This document shows, in pieces, positions 30,267-46,155 of a stretch of DNA of 64,000 bases. Position 1 is the stretch's first letter. The number at the start of each line of letters is the position of its first letter. Position numbers and translations under genes: made by a program. The DNA comes from the human T2T-CHM13v2.0 reference genome, Homo sapiens. The notes beneath the pieces are model-generated. The model saw nothing but the letters and a program-made list of their open reading frames with translations. It was not told the DNA's origin and did not search any database. Location: NCBI RefSeq assembly GCF_009914755.1, contig NC_060934.1; one strand, written 5' to 3'.

Positions 30267-30721
30267 ACTGTGAGGAAGGCAAAAGGAAAGAAAAGACCAT
30301 TATCTCACTTCGCTGAATAAAAAAGAAAATGCAAGTCTAGGAGGGCCTAACAAGGCCTCAGCACACAGCAAATCCCCACTTATCCTTAGTAAATTCGGGT
30401 GCCTGAGTTTCAGGAGGCTGCAGGTAAATTGAGTCTAAAAATTCAAAGGAGCTTAAAAGAGCAATTAAGCCTTTGGTTTGGTAATGAAGGCAGCACTAAG
30501 CCATAGGCCAGATAATTAGTGTAATGGAGCTCAGTGCTGAAAGAGCTACTGTGTCTCATTGTAAATTCTGCACCTGTTAAGGGCTGCGTGGGTTTACAGG
30601 TGGGCTAATCAAAGAAGAAAACCACAGACAGATCCTGCAGAAAATTCCAGGCAACTGGAAGGTCACCTCCCCCAAAATCCAGGGAGCACAGAGGGCTGCT
30701 TTTCTCACAATCCTTCCTACT

Positions 30722-30915
30722 AGACCTGTGTTGTGCAATACGGTAACCACAGGTGGCAGGCTCTAAACTGAAAATACACACTGGATTTCAGCAACAACAA
30801 AAAGAGTGAAATCGCTCATTAATCAGTTGGATATTAGTTACATGTTGAGATAACATTTTGGACCTACTGAGTAAGACAAATGCCAAATTTAATTTCCCTT
30901 GTTTCTTTTTACTTT
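30722..30915. mobile_element. MER33/MER3-like hAT-Charlie relic
   Basis: ctgtgttgtgcaatacggtaaccac; aaaatacacactggatttc; tacatgttgagataacattttgga. Confidence 0.6.
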
Positions 30916-31299
30916 TATTCTTTGTCTCCTAAGTATGTTTCATTACATAGATATTGCTCTCATTATATTTCCATGGGATATTGCTTCTCAAAGAGCATAT
31001 CATTGGTAAAATATGGAAATACTTCCACACCAATGGGATGCTTACACTGCCCTGGGCCTCAGCCCCTTACTATGTCCCACTGCCTCGGCTGCTCAATCCC
31101 TCAGAGCCGTGCAGCGCCTGCCACCCAGCCAGCTTGACGGAGGCCCCTCATTCCCTCACATCCATCCCACCACTCCCAGGATGGGCCTGGACCCAAAAGA
31201 GAATGCCCTATTCCCATCTGGCATGTCTTAGTCACACTGCCCTGGCTGTGGGTAAGAAACAGCCTTTGCAGTGACTCTAACAATTGTTAAATATTTGGT

Positions 31300-31595
31300 A
31301 TTTGTTGTTGTTGCTTTTTTTGAGACAGGGTCTAACTCACTCTGTCACCCAGGCTGGAGCGAGTGCAGTGGTGCTATTTCCACCCCCCAGGCTCAAGCAA
31401 TCCTCCCACCTCAGCCTCCTGAGTATCTGGGACTACAGGCATGAGCCACCACGCCCAGCTAATTTTTGTAATTTTTGTAGAGACGAGGTTTCACCATGTT
31501 GCCCAGGCTGATCTCAAACTCCTGGGCTCTAGCAATCCTCCCACGTCAGCCTCCCTGTGCTGTGGGATTACAGGCATGAGCCACCGCACCTGGCC
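31300..31595 (-). mobile_element. Alu (AluJ-like)
   Basis: Antisense dimer. Confidence 0.9.
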
Positions 31596-32040
31596 AGTTG
31601 TCAACTATTTCAAATATCACTCACACCTATGAAGTTTGCACTTATCTCTGCCATGACATTTCTCAACTTGTATCCTAATTGTATATTGGTCTCCTCAGGA
31701 AGCATATGAGCTCATGGGTGGCAGGACAAACCTTGACCAGCCTTATTCCCCCTGCTTCCAGTCCTGTAAGCACTTATACATGTGTGTACTGTGCATATGT
31801 ACTTTGTGTATTTGTTGGTTGAAGATGAGTAATAGAAAGACACCAATGCAGGGTCAAGAGGCCACACAGCATCCTTTGATCCTGGGGCTCTACAGACCAT
31901 GTTGCCTCTCACATTCAACAAGGAGACTGACTTCTCCAAAAAGATACTGAGATCAATTTTTCCCTTGGGGTTAGGCTATTTGGGAAGAACAGAGAGCAGG
32001 AAATCTATGAAGGGTTTACACAGTGAAGAAAGATAGAATC

Positions 32041-32342
<302 letters not shown>

Positions 32343-33662
32343 TTATTTTGTCAGGAATCTGACATTTGGCATCAAATGACCCAAGTTGCATTCATCCTGT
32401 GCTTCGAGGTCTCAATTTGATCTGGCTTTTCAAATCCTCATTTATTCTGTTTCTTATTTGAATATGTTTATTTCTCTCCAAGCTCTCACTTGAATCAAAA
32501 GTTGTAAGATACAAGGTAGGTACATTTTCTCCGCTCTAGGATTGAAGGTCTCACATAACCCTTACAACAGGCCTCGGGAAGGAGGCCAGTGGAAGAAGAG
32601 CTGTTCACCAGCGAGGACCGCCCCTTGTCCGTTTGAAAGGAGAAGGCACTGGATTACTCTGTGCCCTGGGGGAGACCTAATGTGTCAGCAAACCACAGGT
32701 AAGGATTTCATTGACAGAAGATTAAAGATTGAGCTCAGCTCTCTAAGCCTGACTCCTGTGTTGCTAACAGAGAGCATGGAGGGAAATGGCTTGCCCATCC
32801 AAATGTGTAGCACTTGGTGAAATTTCCTGGGTTCCCAGGTGTTTCCACTAATCAAGGAGGCAGGGACAGCAGACACCAACTCACTGTAGGAAAAGTAGAT
32901 GACTTTATAAAGTGCCTTCCTAAGAGTAAAGACCCAGACCACAGCCAGTCTCCCAGCTATCCTTGATTGAAGGTTCACAAAGTGCCAAGCTCTGTGCTAA
33001 GGAGTTTCCAAACCTTACCTCAATCATCATTCCAAATGAAAAGATAAGTACTATTATTGATCGCTAATTTGTAGATGAGAAAACTGACACTCAGAGAGAG
33101 GAATCAACTTGCTTAATGTTATACAGCAAACAGGTTCTAAGAGCTTCCCCGATCTGTCCGAATTCAAAGTCCAGGAATTTAATCACTACAAAATGCCACT
33201 CCTCATACATGAGAAATGTTGATTACTCAAGAAAAGACTTCACAACATTAGCTCAGCAGAAAGGTTGGGCTCACCAGCCCCTCTCCATATATACAACTTC
33301 GGGGGAGGCACTGAGGTTCTGCCTGGCACTGGTATGGGCACAGCTAACACTTGACTCTTCTTTAGACTCAAGTGGCTGCCTTGGGGGCTGCTTTGCTGAG
33401 AATAATAGCTGTCAATCAATTATGTGCAAGAAGGACACCGCTGTGATCACCTACTGTTGATAGGTACAGAAGGGAGGGGGAGAGAGAAAGTTTGTTGAGG
33501 TGCACATATATACCTTATATAACCTTCATAACATAGAAAGGAGGGGCCGGAGGCTCAGTAAGGTAAATGACTTGAAATTGTCACATAGCTAGCTAGTAAA
33601 AAGTAAAGAAAGGATTTAACCTAGGATTATCAATCTCCAAAGTAAGAGACTGCTTCTCCCCA

Positions 33663-34734
33663 TGAGACAGAGTAGGGGCCCCCCTAAGGGGCCAACTGAG
33701 CCTCTCCAACATGGAAATAAAAGAAAATCTTGAGTTTCTTCGAGGGAAATTCTAGGTACCTCACTAGCCTTAAGAAGTAAGTGAGCAATTTGATAAGCAA
33801 GAAGGTGACTGTAGCTTAAAACAATGACCATCCAAATAAGTTAGAGCCATGAGATGTTTGGTTCCCTATGGAAACTAAAGATAATATCTTCACCTAAGTC
33901 TCCGACTTGTTTTTCACACCTGAACCCCTACCAGATGGAAAACGCCAACTGCTGTCACACAGACTTCAGATAAGGGGAAACTGAGGACTGAATTCTGACC
34001 ACTGCTTCTTGTTCTAAATTTCTTCCTAGGCAGCCTGGAGAAAGTCATGCCAACAAGCCAGAACTTAGCATTCCTTTCTGTTAACCCCAAGTTTTTAGAT
34101 GAAACTTCACTTCCTTCACCAATCGCAAATCGGAGGATTTTTGAATCCACCTATTATCTGTAAGCACCCACTTCAATGGATAACCTCCATGTATTAATTT
34201 ATTATTTTTGCCTGTAACTTCTGCTTTTCTGAAACTTACCTCTGCCTTCAAAAATTCTTACTTGTGGCCAGGCACGGTGGCTCATGCCTGTAATCCCAGC
34301 ACTTTGGAAGGCTGAGGTGGGTGGTTCACTTGAGCCCAGGAGTTCAAAACCAGGCTGAGCAATGTGGCAAAGCTCCATCTCTACTAAAAATGCAAAAATT
34401 AGCCAAGTGTGGTGGCACACGACTGTAATCTTAGCTACTTGAGAGGCTGAGGCATGAGAATTGCTTGAATCCAGGAGGCAGAGTTTGCAGTGAACAGAGA
34501 TCATGCCACTGCACTCCAGCCTGGGCAACAGAGCAAGACTCTGTCTCAAAAAATTACAAAAAAAAACCTTGCTTGTAAGCTATCGGGGAGGTCAGATCTT
34601 GGGCATGAGCTACCCAATTGTCCTTGCTTGGAGCCCTGCAAATAAATGTCCTCCCTTATCTTGCTGTAAAACCTCAGTGTGAATGTTTGGCTTTACTGTA
34701 CTGGGCTAATGGAACCTAGTTAGATTCAGTAACA
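33663..34734 (+). mobile_element. ERV1 solo LTR MER39-like, interrupted by an Alu (34266-34566)
   Basis: tg...aaca termini with 4-bp TSD CCCA (33659-33662, 34735-34738); matches recalled MER39. Confidence 0.82.
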
Positions 34735-35429
34735 CCCAGAGTGGATGAGATACCTTTTCAAGGTTCTTCTGAACCATATGATCATGCAACTTCAGGAGAA
34801 ATTCAGATGCTAAAAAGAATTTGAAATTACAGTGCCTAGGAAAAGGTAGGTACTCCTCATTAATTAAATGTCATATTCCCTTCCCTCTCTGTTAGGATAG
34901 CCTTTTTGTATATAATACTGATTGTATTTGTACTAGTTAAAAATACTGACGGAAATACAATCAGTGAAAGGGTTCTGAGATTCTTTTTCCTTAGAGTCAT
35001 GAAGCAAAAGAGGCAACGGAAGTTGATTTGGACCCTACTATGATCAAACATTGTATGAAATACAGGTTAGTGACTAAAGCAGACATCAACCCCACCTATT
35101 CTAGCTAGTGATCTGGAAGAAGCCAGACACTCAGATTTCTTCCGCCTTAATCTCTCACCAACAATTTATATAGAAGCCTTATTGAGTCTTCCTTCTAAAT
35201 CTCTTCCCAAACATCCTCTCCTCTATCATAATTCAAGCATGCATCATCTAGACTTTGGCCATCTATGTCCTCCCTGCCTCTAGTCTTGCCCCCTGCCATT
35301 TACCAGCTTCTCAAGGTTACAGCCAGAAGGCTATTTCTAAAATGCAAATTGGGTCATGTCACTCCTTTGCTCAAAATTATTTCATGAAGAATGAAGTGAA
35401 AACTGAAAGTTTCTTAAAACAAAAAAAAT

Positions 35430-35950
35430 GTATATCTACCTCATAACCCAGTAGGTCTAAGTATTTTTACCAAATTGTGGTATATTTATAGCATAGCATA
35501 TGACTCAACATTTTAGAAAAGCTGAAAACATAACAGTATGGATTATGGGTACCAGATTTAGCAAATAAAATAAAAATTTTGCATGAAACCTACTTTTGCT
35601 AAAAAATTATTTGGAGTTTATCTGAAATTCAAATTTAACTGGGAATCCTATATTTTATCTGGAAAACTTAACATGGATAAATCTTCAAAATATTATGCTA
35701 AGCAAATGAAGTCAGACACAGAAGAGTAGATCCTAAATGATTCCTTTTGTATGAAGTTCATGGGCAGGAAAAAGTCATACTTACTGATAGAAATTAGAGC
35801 AGTGGATGCCTCTGGGAAGTGAGGATTGAGTGGAGGGAGACTAAGGGGCATTTCTAGGGTAATGAAAATGTTGGTGGGGAGGGTGTATACACAGGTATAT
35901 ACATTTAATAAAACTTGTCAACTTGTACTCTTTATTTTGCCTCAATGTTT
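35430..35950 (+). mobile_element. L1ME-like 3' relic with a nested MER53-like hAT element (~35547-35670)
   Basis: atggataaatcttcaaaatattatgctaag L1ME motif; ccagatttagcaaataaaa...attttatctgg. Confidence 0.65.
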
Positions 35951-37530
35951 AAAACTCGTAAAATAACCCCACACTATCCTCAATGGATTCTCAACCCCTG
36001 AACTTTTGAATATAGTACACTGTTTCTTCCTTATCTTGCCATTCTTATGCATAGGTCTTCCTCTCCTCCCATTATCCTTAGTGAGTCCTTCTGACCAAGT
36101 ATGATGAAACCCTTACTCATCACTTCAGCCTACCCCTGGCTCTACCTTCTGTAAGCTGAAGACTTGCTAGAGAGGTTTAGACCTCCCTCTCTTCTCCGGT
36201 CCCTGGTACCTTGCAACCCACCTCCATGACAGCACTATCCCATTGCATTATTGTCATTGTTTGTGCTACACTAAACTGTAAGTTCCTCATTAAGGCAGGG
36301 ACCTTTCTTCTTTGTGTTAATGCAGTACAATGCAAGGCACCTAGCAACCATCCATGAATGAACAAAACAATCACTCACTCCAACTTCTCTGCTTAATACC
36401 CTACCTAGAAGCTCCAAATGTTCATTTAATTTTTATTTCAAATACAATATTAAGTACATATGCACTTATATTTAAAAAGTAGAATGGTCAGAAGAGAATG
36501 AAGGACAAATCTTCTGTATACCTTATTCGCACAGTTACCTTTACCAGAAGCAACCACTATTTAAATTTTCTTCTATACCATTCCAGAAAATTTCTATGCA
36601 CAGCTAGCATCTTTTGTGTGTGCATATATGTACATATTTATATATTTCTCCTATTTACATAAAGAGGAGATACTGTGCTACTTCTTTTCTATTTTCCACT
36701 CTCCATTCCCGGTCTATTTTAGGTCCTATTCTTTGTCCCCAGAAATGACCCCTACATACCTTATACTCCTTGCTGGCTAGTTTCCATTTGAGGTTGTCCA
36801 GTGAGAGAATGAAAGGGGGTTGGAGAGTGAGAGGAGAGAGAAACTTGGGTATCTCCTCTTCCCCACTTTAGCTGCATGCTCCTGGTAGTAGCTGCATCCC
36901 TTCACAACTTCAGCTTGTGTGAGGGATCTACTTCAGTCTCTAGCACCTTCAGCACCTTTGGCCCCAGGGATGTGCCTTAGATTAGGTTCCCTGGAAACAA
37001 ACTGAGATGGAGAGGTGTGTGCAGATAGCTTATTGAAGGGTGCTTTATTTTAGTAAGGAAAGGAGGAAAGCAGGATTGGCTGGGAGGAGAAGCTAACCTG
37101 AAATGCAGTTCAATGAGGCCTCAGCTGATGCTACAGGGAACTTCTGGATGGCCCTTCAGAATTGTCCCAAATTGAGACAAGGGGGTGGGCTTTCATATCC
37201 CTGAATTGGACAGTCATTGGCCATGGCCACCCCAAGCAAAAGTGCAACCTGGGCAAGACTGTCCCCTGTGGTGGCTGAGGGAATTCTAGAGAGGGGTCAG
37301 CTGTGAGCAAACAACAGCTGATATTCTCAGCCCTTGTGGATGCTGTGTCAGCCCTGAAAAGGAGATCAGGTGGAGCAGCACAGTGTCCACTGTGATAATG
37401 GCTTCCCACTGGTGCTAGTGTCTGAGTGTCTTAACGTGCCCTGCCCACACTTCCGTTCATTGTCCATTGATGAAAGCTCAACATTTGAACCATCTGGGGC
37501 AAATTCTGTTTCCTGATGGGATCCTGACTG

Positions 37531-37568
<38 letters not shown>

Positions 37569-37804
37569 GCACACACACACACTGTTTCACTTAATAGATC
37601 CTGAAGCACACTCTATAATAGCGCATCTCAGTGTCTCTTATTCTGTCTATTGGCTGCATGGCAGTTCAGTATCAATATAATATATCTTTATTAAGCCTTC
37701 TAGTCTTAGACATTGAGGTTGTTCCCAGCTTCAGTCTTATAAACAATGCTGTGATAAGCATTTGTGTTCATCTTTGCACACATCTAAAAAATTGGTATAA
37801 ATTT

Positions 37805-38097
37805 ATTTTTTGTGGGTTTTTTGTTGTTATTGTTTGTTTGTTTGAGACAGAGTCTCACTCAGTCACCCAGGCTGGAATGCAGTGACATGATCTCAGCTCA
37901 CCACAACATCCACTTCCCCAGCTCAAGTGATCCTTTTACCTCAGCCTCTTTGGTAGCTGGGACTATAGGCATGTGCCACCAGGCCTGGCTAATTTTTAAA
38001 TTTTTTGTAGAGATGGGGTTTTACCATGTTGGCCAGGCTGGTCTTGAACACATGGGCTGAAGCCATCCACCTGCCTCAGCCTCCCAAAGTGCTGGGA
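37805..38097 (-). mobile_element. Alu (AluJ-like)
   Basis: Antisense dimer. Confidence 0.9.
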
Positions 38098-39919
38098 AGT
38101 AAAAATTCTTCATATTGCGACTACTGCATCAAAGGGTATATACATTCAGATTTCGGTAGATATTGCCAAATTGTCTATGAATAATTTACTCTGACACCTG
38201 TCATCATGGCATGTGAGAGTGACTGTATCACCACATATTTCCCAAAAGTGTGTTCACCACTTAGAGCAACCTGTTTGATTTAAGAGCTCCCAAGCACACA
38301 CTTCTACCACTCCACATGCCTCCTTTGGAGATACACTTATTGCCGGATTGGAGGAAGACCACTCATAGATGATGTGTGACCTCACCACCCATTTTCCCCA
38401 CAGTCATTTTGCCTTTCCTTCATGTAGACTATTACATGATACTTGGCCCTCAGAGGTAATTAATGGAGTAATTTCTATCTGTCCTCTCTTCTGTCTGAGT
38501 TCAAGATGGCTTTATAATTCCATGAAATGTCTACAAATAGCAAACCAGAAGTTAACCTGGAATAATGAAATCTGTCATATATAAATGCAATGCACCTTAC
38601 TGTGTAATCAGTAATCAGGCCAGTGCCTCACATTCAGCAGACTCTGCTGACACTGAATGTGTGTGTGCTGCTTGAGAATACTAGCAAATACTCCTTGATA
38701 ACCTTTTTGAAGCCATTGTAACATCTTAAGGGAAAAACATGAGCTTTCAGAAAAAAAATTAGGTTTATTAATTCTGTCAGCTCAGTTCCAAATTTCCCCT
38801 TAATACCCTCCCATTTATGCATAACACAGAGACATGTTTCATTTGCTTTGACTAGGAATATTAGCTTGTGAATTACACTCTCTAAAATTAAGTTCTGGAA
38901 TGTTCTTGGAAATGGAAGAGAAGTTAGATAATTTCAGAAACACAAAATGAAAGGCCACCTATTGGGTTACATTGTAACTTTATCTAATCCTTTAATCTCT
39001 TAATTTTAAAAAGAGCTACACTGGATTTTAATAGAAGTAAATGTCATCCAGTAAAATCTGATAGGCTTGTCACCTCCCTTAAAACTTTGAGCCATAACCT
39101 GAGAAAAACAGAGCATCTGCAAGGGTCAAAAGAGGAGAGAGCTCAGGCTGGACTCCATGGCTTCCAGACACCAAGGCAGATCAAGCAGCCCCAGGTTGTT
39201 GATATATCACACTGAAGACTAAATACCATCCTTTCTTCCCTTCCTGTTATAAGGAAGACATCACACAGAAAAGCAGCTCTAGCCAAGAACAATAGGACTG
39301 AGCTAGCCAGTAGAACTGGACTCAGTGGGAACAACAGGAGACAGGTGGTCAGAAGTCCTGGGTGTGCATCCCAGCTCCATGCCCTAAGACAATTCCTCAG
39401 CCACTGGAATCTTCAGTTTTCTCCTTCATAAAATAGTGATTTCATCATCTGCCTGGCCTACATCACACTGTTGTTATGAGGATCAGATGAGATGATGAAT
39501 AATAAAGCACTTTATAAACCAGGCAGTGCTGTAAAATCAAAGGAGGTGATACTTTATAACCTCATCCACAGCAACTGCCACCCAGTAGGTCCAACCAGAA
39601 TGCCTTGCCCCAACTTACTGCACAGGTGGAGAGGACTTTCATAAGGAAGATGGCTAGGGATCACCCTTTAGTCAGACAGATGTTTCAAGTTATTTTTCCA
39701 GAACTGTGCATGTGACTCATCCACTTTCTCTCAAGGTAATTGCCATAGGAGAGTATCAAGAATGATCAAAGCCAGGAATTCATTTTTGGCCATGAGACAA
39801 ACCAAAACAAATAAATCTCACATAGGGATGGAAACAGAAATTTTGGGCAAATGAGCATCATGCTCAATCATCTTTATGTTTTCAACAGAGTTTATGTTTT
39901 CATCATACACAAGAATAAA

Positions 39920-41348
<1,429 letters not shown>

Positions 41349-41354
41349 ACCTAG

Positions 41355-42437
41355 TATCAGGGAACCTGCCCCCGATAGTCATGTAGGTTCTTTTCTATTT
41401 TCCCTAATCATTGGCTGGGTTGAGAAATAAAGGGACAGAGTACAAAAGAGAGAAATTTTAAAGCTGGGCGTCCAGGGGAGACATCACATGTCAGTAGGTT
41501 CCATGATGCCCCACAAGCCACAAAACCAGCAAGTTTTTATTAGTGATTTTCAAAGGGAAGGGAGTGTACAAATAGGGTGTGGGCCACAGAGATCACGTGC
41601 TTCACAAGGTAATAGAATATCACAAGGCAAATGGAGGCAGGGCGAGATCACAGGACCACAGGACAGGGCAAAATTAAAATTGCTAATGAAGTTTCGGGCA
41701 CGCATTGTCATTGATAACATCTTATCAGGAGACAGGGTTTGAGAGCAGACAACCGGTGTGACCAAAAATTTATTAGGTGGGAATTTCCTCATCCTAATAA
41801 GCCTGGGAGCGCTATGGGAGTCTGGGGCTTATTTCATCCCTACAGCTCGACCATAAAAGACGGCCACACCCAAGGGGGCCATTTTCGAGGCCCACCCTCA
41901 GGGACGCATTCTCTTTCTCAGGGATGTTCCTTGCTGAGAAAAAGAATTCAGCAATATTTCTCCCATTTGCTTTTGAAAGAAGAGAAATATGGCTCTGTTC
42001 CACCTGGCTCACCGGTGCTCAGAATTTAAGGTTATCTCTCTTGTTCCCTGAACATTGCTGTTATCCTGTTCTTTTTTCAAGGTGCCCAGATTTCATATTG
42101 TTCAAACACACATGCTCTACAAATAATTTGTGCAGTTAGCACAATCATCACAGGGTCCTGAGGCGACATACATCCTCCTCAGTTTACGAGATGACAGGAT
42201 TAAGGGATTAAAGTAAAGACAGGCATAGGAAATCACAAGGGTATTGATTGGGGAAGTGATAAGTGTCCATGAAATCTTCACAATTTATGTTCAGAGATTG
42301 CAGTAAAGACAGGCATAAAAAATTATAAAAGTATTAATTTGGGGAACTAATAAATGTCCATGAGATCTTCACAATCCATGTCTTCTGCCATGGCTTCAGC
42401 CGGTCCCTCCTTTCGGGGTCCTTGACTTCCTGCAACA
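41355..42437 (-). mobile_element. ERVK (HERV-K11/HML-8) solo LTR MER11
   Basis: Minus strand starts tgttgcaggaagtcaaggacccc; perfect 6-bp TSD ACCTAG (41349-41354, 42438-42443); internal direct repeats. Confidence 0.9.
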
Positions 42438-43299
42438 ACCTAGAATTCTATTTCCTTAGCTAGCCATGTAGCTTGCTTTCTCATTTGCATCATGACTCTA
42501 CTCAAATGTCAACTCCTCAGTGAAAAACCTCCCTGTCAATTATATCTTTAAAAACATCCCCATATCCTAGCCTGCTCATCCCTCTTACTCTTTCTGTCCA
42601 TTGTATGTATATATGTATGCACACACACACACAGATCTATTTGTTTTTTATCTCTCTGCCTTATATAAAATCTAAGTGTCTTAAGGCCACTATGTGGCTG
42701 GCACATGGTGGGTGTTCAGTTATTTCAATATAAATAACATGCAGGTACACTTAAGTATCAAATTTTCAAAATAAAAATAGCTGGCATATCACATGACTTT
42801 CGGCCTAGAATTCATAAATTTTAAATTATGTTTTGCACTATTTGTCTAGGTTTTAGATGCAGAGAGAACATCGCCTAACAGTTTCTGACATTGCGGGTCT
42901 GGTTGTGATGTGAGCAATGTGATTTGAAGGAGACATCTTACAAGGGATTTCTGTGAAATAGTGAATTTAAAAGACTTGACCAAAAATTCCCATGCTCTCA
43001 GCAGATTTTCCTGTTTCCTTTTAGAAACTATCATAAGGGAGCTGATTTAAAAGCTAAGTTATTTAATACATAGGACATCTAGCTAGTTGTTTAGGAAAAA
43101 ACAATAAGCTTGATCCCTAGCTCACTGCTTACACTAACACAAATTTTAGGTGGATGGAAGTTTTATGTGTAAGAAATGAATCTGCAAGACGACACAATGG
43201 TGATTTCTTTCTTTCTCTCAAAACCCAGATTATGCTCACATGCGTGGTAATCATTTGCTTTAGGCCCCGCCCAAGTCTCAGGATTAAATCTTTTTTAAA

Positions 43300-43591
43300 A
43301 ATTTTTTTGAGACTGGGTCTCACTCTGTTGCCCAGGCTGGAGTGCAATGTTGCAGTTATAGTTCACTGCAACCTCCAACTCCTGAGTTCAAGCGATCCTG
43401 CCACCTCAGCCTCTTGCATAGCTGAAACTATAGTGCATGCAACCACACCCAGCTAATTTTTAATTTTTTAAGTAGAGATGGGGTCTCACTATGTTGCCCT
43501 GGCTGGCTTCAAACTCCTAAGCTCAAGAGAGCCTCCCATCTCAGCCTCCCAATGTGCTAGAATTACAGGCATGAGCTACCACGCTCAGCCA
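43300..43591 (-). mobile_element. Alu (AluJ-like)
   Basis: Antisense dimer; TSD-like ttaaatcttt. Confidence 0.9.
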
Positions 43592-45719
43592 GTTAAATCT
43601 TTATTAGTCATTCTTGCCAATTTCATCTCCAATGCAGTGACTAAACTGGAAATGGTCATGCAGCATGATTTGGACCCAAGTCCGGCCATGGGCCTTCTGA
43701 GAATGCTTTTCCACTTTGTCCAAAGATGAAGTCTGAGGAGAAGCCTTCATTTTCTATTTTTATGGTTGTCCGCATATGACACTTAGAACAGTGGCAGCCC
43801 TTGGAGGCCATGAGGACAGCCAGCCTAAGAGGATAAACTACTATACTTATGATTATAAAACAAAAAGATGAAAACAACTTAAGTCCTTGATGACAATGTT
43901 TTGTCACAAAATTAACTATGCTGGAATTTTCCTAGCTCCAGACTTTTTGCTATGCAAGATAATAAATATTCTTAATATACATCCTTATAATTTTTAATGT
44001 TAGTATTCTCTAGTCTGTAACCAAAAATATCCTGATACATTTAAAAAATAATTTGAAGTTGAGAAGGCCTTCCTAAGCATGGAACAAAACTCATAAGGCA
44101 TAAATGGGAAGTATTTATAAAATTCACTCCATACTATGTAAACTTTGTATTATAATTACAAAAATAAGCAAATAAGTAAAAATATTAGCTATTATCTAAG
44201 CTACTATCTAAATTACACAAATAACTCATAGCTACTAAGTTACTATCTAAGCTACTAAGTTATACAAATTTATATTTTAAATCAATTTGAGAAAACATGA
44301 TAAAAATGAGTTAAACATAAAAATAAAAAAAAGCTTTAACATGGCAAAAGATGTGATAAATAAAAAGACAAATGAAAAAATGGGAAAAACCAATTTCAAC
44401 TTATAGTACAGACAAACAAGGGGTAAATATCCCTAATATAGAATAGAAAGGGTTTCTGAAAATAGGGAAAAAACAGGCAAACTGTCCTGTAGAAAAAGAG
44501 AATTTGCAAATAAAGGAATACAAGTATCCCTTAAATGCGTAAAAAGATATTCAGTCTCACTCATAATAGGAGAAACACAAATTAAAAGTGCACAAATAAA
44601 CACAAGTATCGAATTGGTGACTTAGTCACACGGAGAGAAACCATTTCAAGGGACTATAACATAGTTGGCTCACACATCTAGAATAGGTTATTCTAGAGAC
44701 AAAAAGAACTAGAAAACAGTTTTCAGTTATCATATTATTAGTAATAATTATAATTTACTGTTATTTTGAAAATGTTATACAAATAGTAGGATAAAGCAAA
44801 TACTTACATTACTGTCATTCGAAAATCAAGATTTTTAGCAACAGAGAAGAATTTAAATACAAAATCAATGAAGTTAGATAAAAAATATGTGATCATTGAT
44901 TTAAATTAGAGTTGTCAGTATTAACTCATGATGCATTTTTGGCTTACAAAACAAAAATACCAATTTTGCAGAAGCAATCTCCAACCCAGTAGCAATGAGT
45001 ATCTCTAGTACCCACATTACTAATAGTCTAAAAACTATCCCCAAAGCCTCCTTGGAGGAATAGCTAATTCCAGATCTGGGGCAAAAAAATATCCAGGATG
45101 ATCCTAAAATATCTTATCCTATTGGGAAGTAAAGAAACTATCAAGGACTACTGACCTTCTGCGGACTTCGGACTCAGGAGTCAATTTGGTAGAAAATTTG
45201 AGCATCAGACAACAACAACAACAAAACTGCCATTGCTGAAATTCTCCCTCCTCCAAAATTTAAAATCCATGAGTTCATAATAATATTTGCCCTCAAGGGA
45301 GGGAAAGACTCATTCATTGGTCAACTCAGAATCAACTAGGTTGATTTCATATCTTGGCTATTGTAGATAACGTTGCAATAAACATGAAGGTGCAGATGTC
45401 TCTGATATAATGAATTCCTTTCCTCTGGATAAATTCTCAGTAGTGGGATTACTGAAACATATGGCAGTTCTATTTGCAGTTTTTTGAGGAACCTCCATAC
45501 TGTTCTCCATAGTGGCTGTACTAGTTTACATTCCCACAAACAGTGTATAAGAGTTCCCTTTTCTCTGCATACTTGCCAGCATTTGTTATGCTTTGTCTTT
45601 TTGATAATAGCCATCCTAATTGGGGAAGATGATACCTTACTGCCGTTTTGACTTGCATTTTCCTGAGATTAGTGATGTTGAGCATTTTTTCATATTTATT
45701 GGCCACTTGTATGTCTTGT

Positions 45720-45830
45720 TTTTTTAATTTAATTTTTATTTTTTTAAGAGATGGGGTCTCACTTTGTTGCCCAGACTGGAGTTCAGTGGTATGATTATAG
45801 ATCATTGCAGCCTTGAACTCCTGCCCAAGC
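45720..45830 (-). mobile_element. Truncated AluJ-like fragment (only the 3' ~100 bp remain)
   Basis: gagatggggtctcactttgttgcccag...ccttgaactcctg, then an abrupt switch to other sequence. Confidence 0.85.
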
Positions 45831-46155
45831 AACCATGTGCCTATGCTCCTGGCAAGAGTAGCAGCACTGTGGCCTCAATCCTAGTGAGCTAGTCTCCAGG
45901 TCAGCCAACCCACTGTGTATACACATAAGCCCTTGGCCTGTAAAACAGCCTGGTGAGCCCAACACCAACAACACTGCTGCCACAACCTCTCTCAGCCTTG
46001 GCCACTGAGAAATTTTTAAATGCCACTAGTGTGGATTGTAGCTGAAGAAACTACACAAAGACTACACTGCTAAATCTACCTAGAACAAAGGCCAACATAT
46101 CCCACCAAACTGATACCCCACGACCCATTCATACAAATAAATATTTCCTGACAAA
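45825..46155. repeat. 331-bp inverted copy of 49929-50259 (L1 5'-region sequence) at an Alu/L1 deletion junction
   Basis: Ungapped manual alignment, about 15 mismatches. Confidence 0.93.

Noticed and set aside
42211-42385. Direct repeats of ~90 bp resembling an array
   Set aside because: Internal repeats native to MER11 LTRs; no CRISPR-like repeat-spacer structure, and the DNA is eukaryotic.
45825-46155. L1 twin-priming inversion as the cause of the inverted segment
   Set aside because: Twin priming inverts without duplicating a distant 5' segment, and here the junction cuts an Alu that inserted after the L1.
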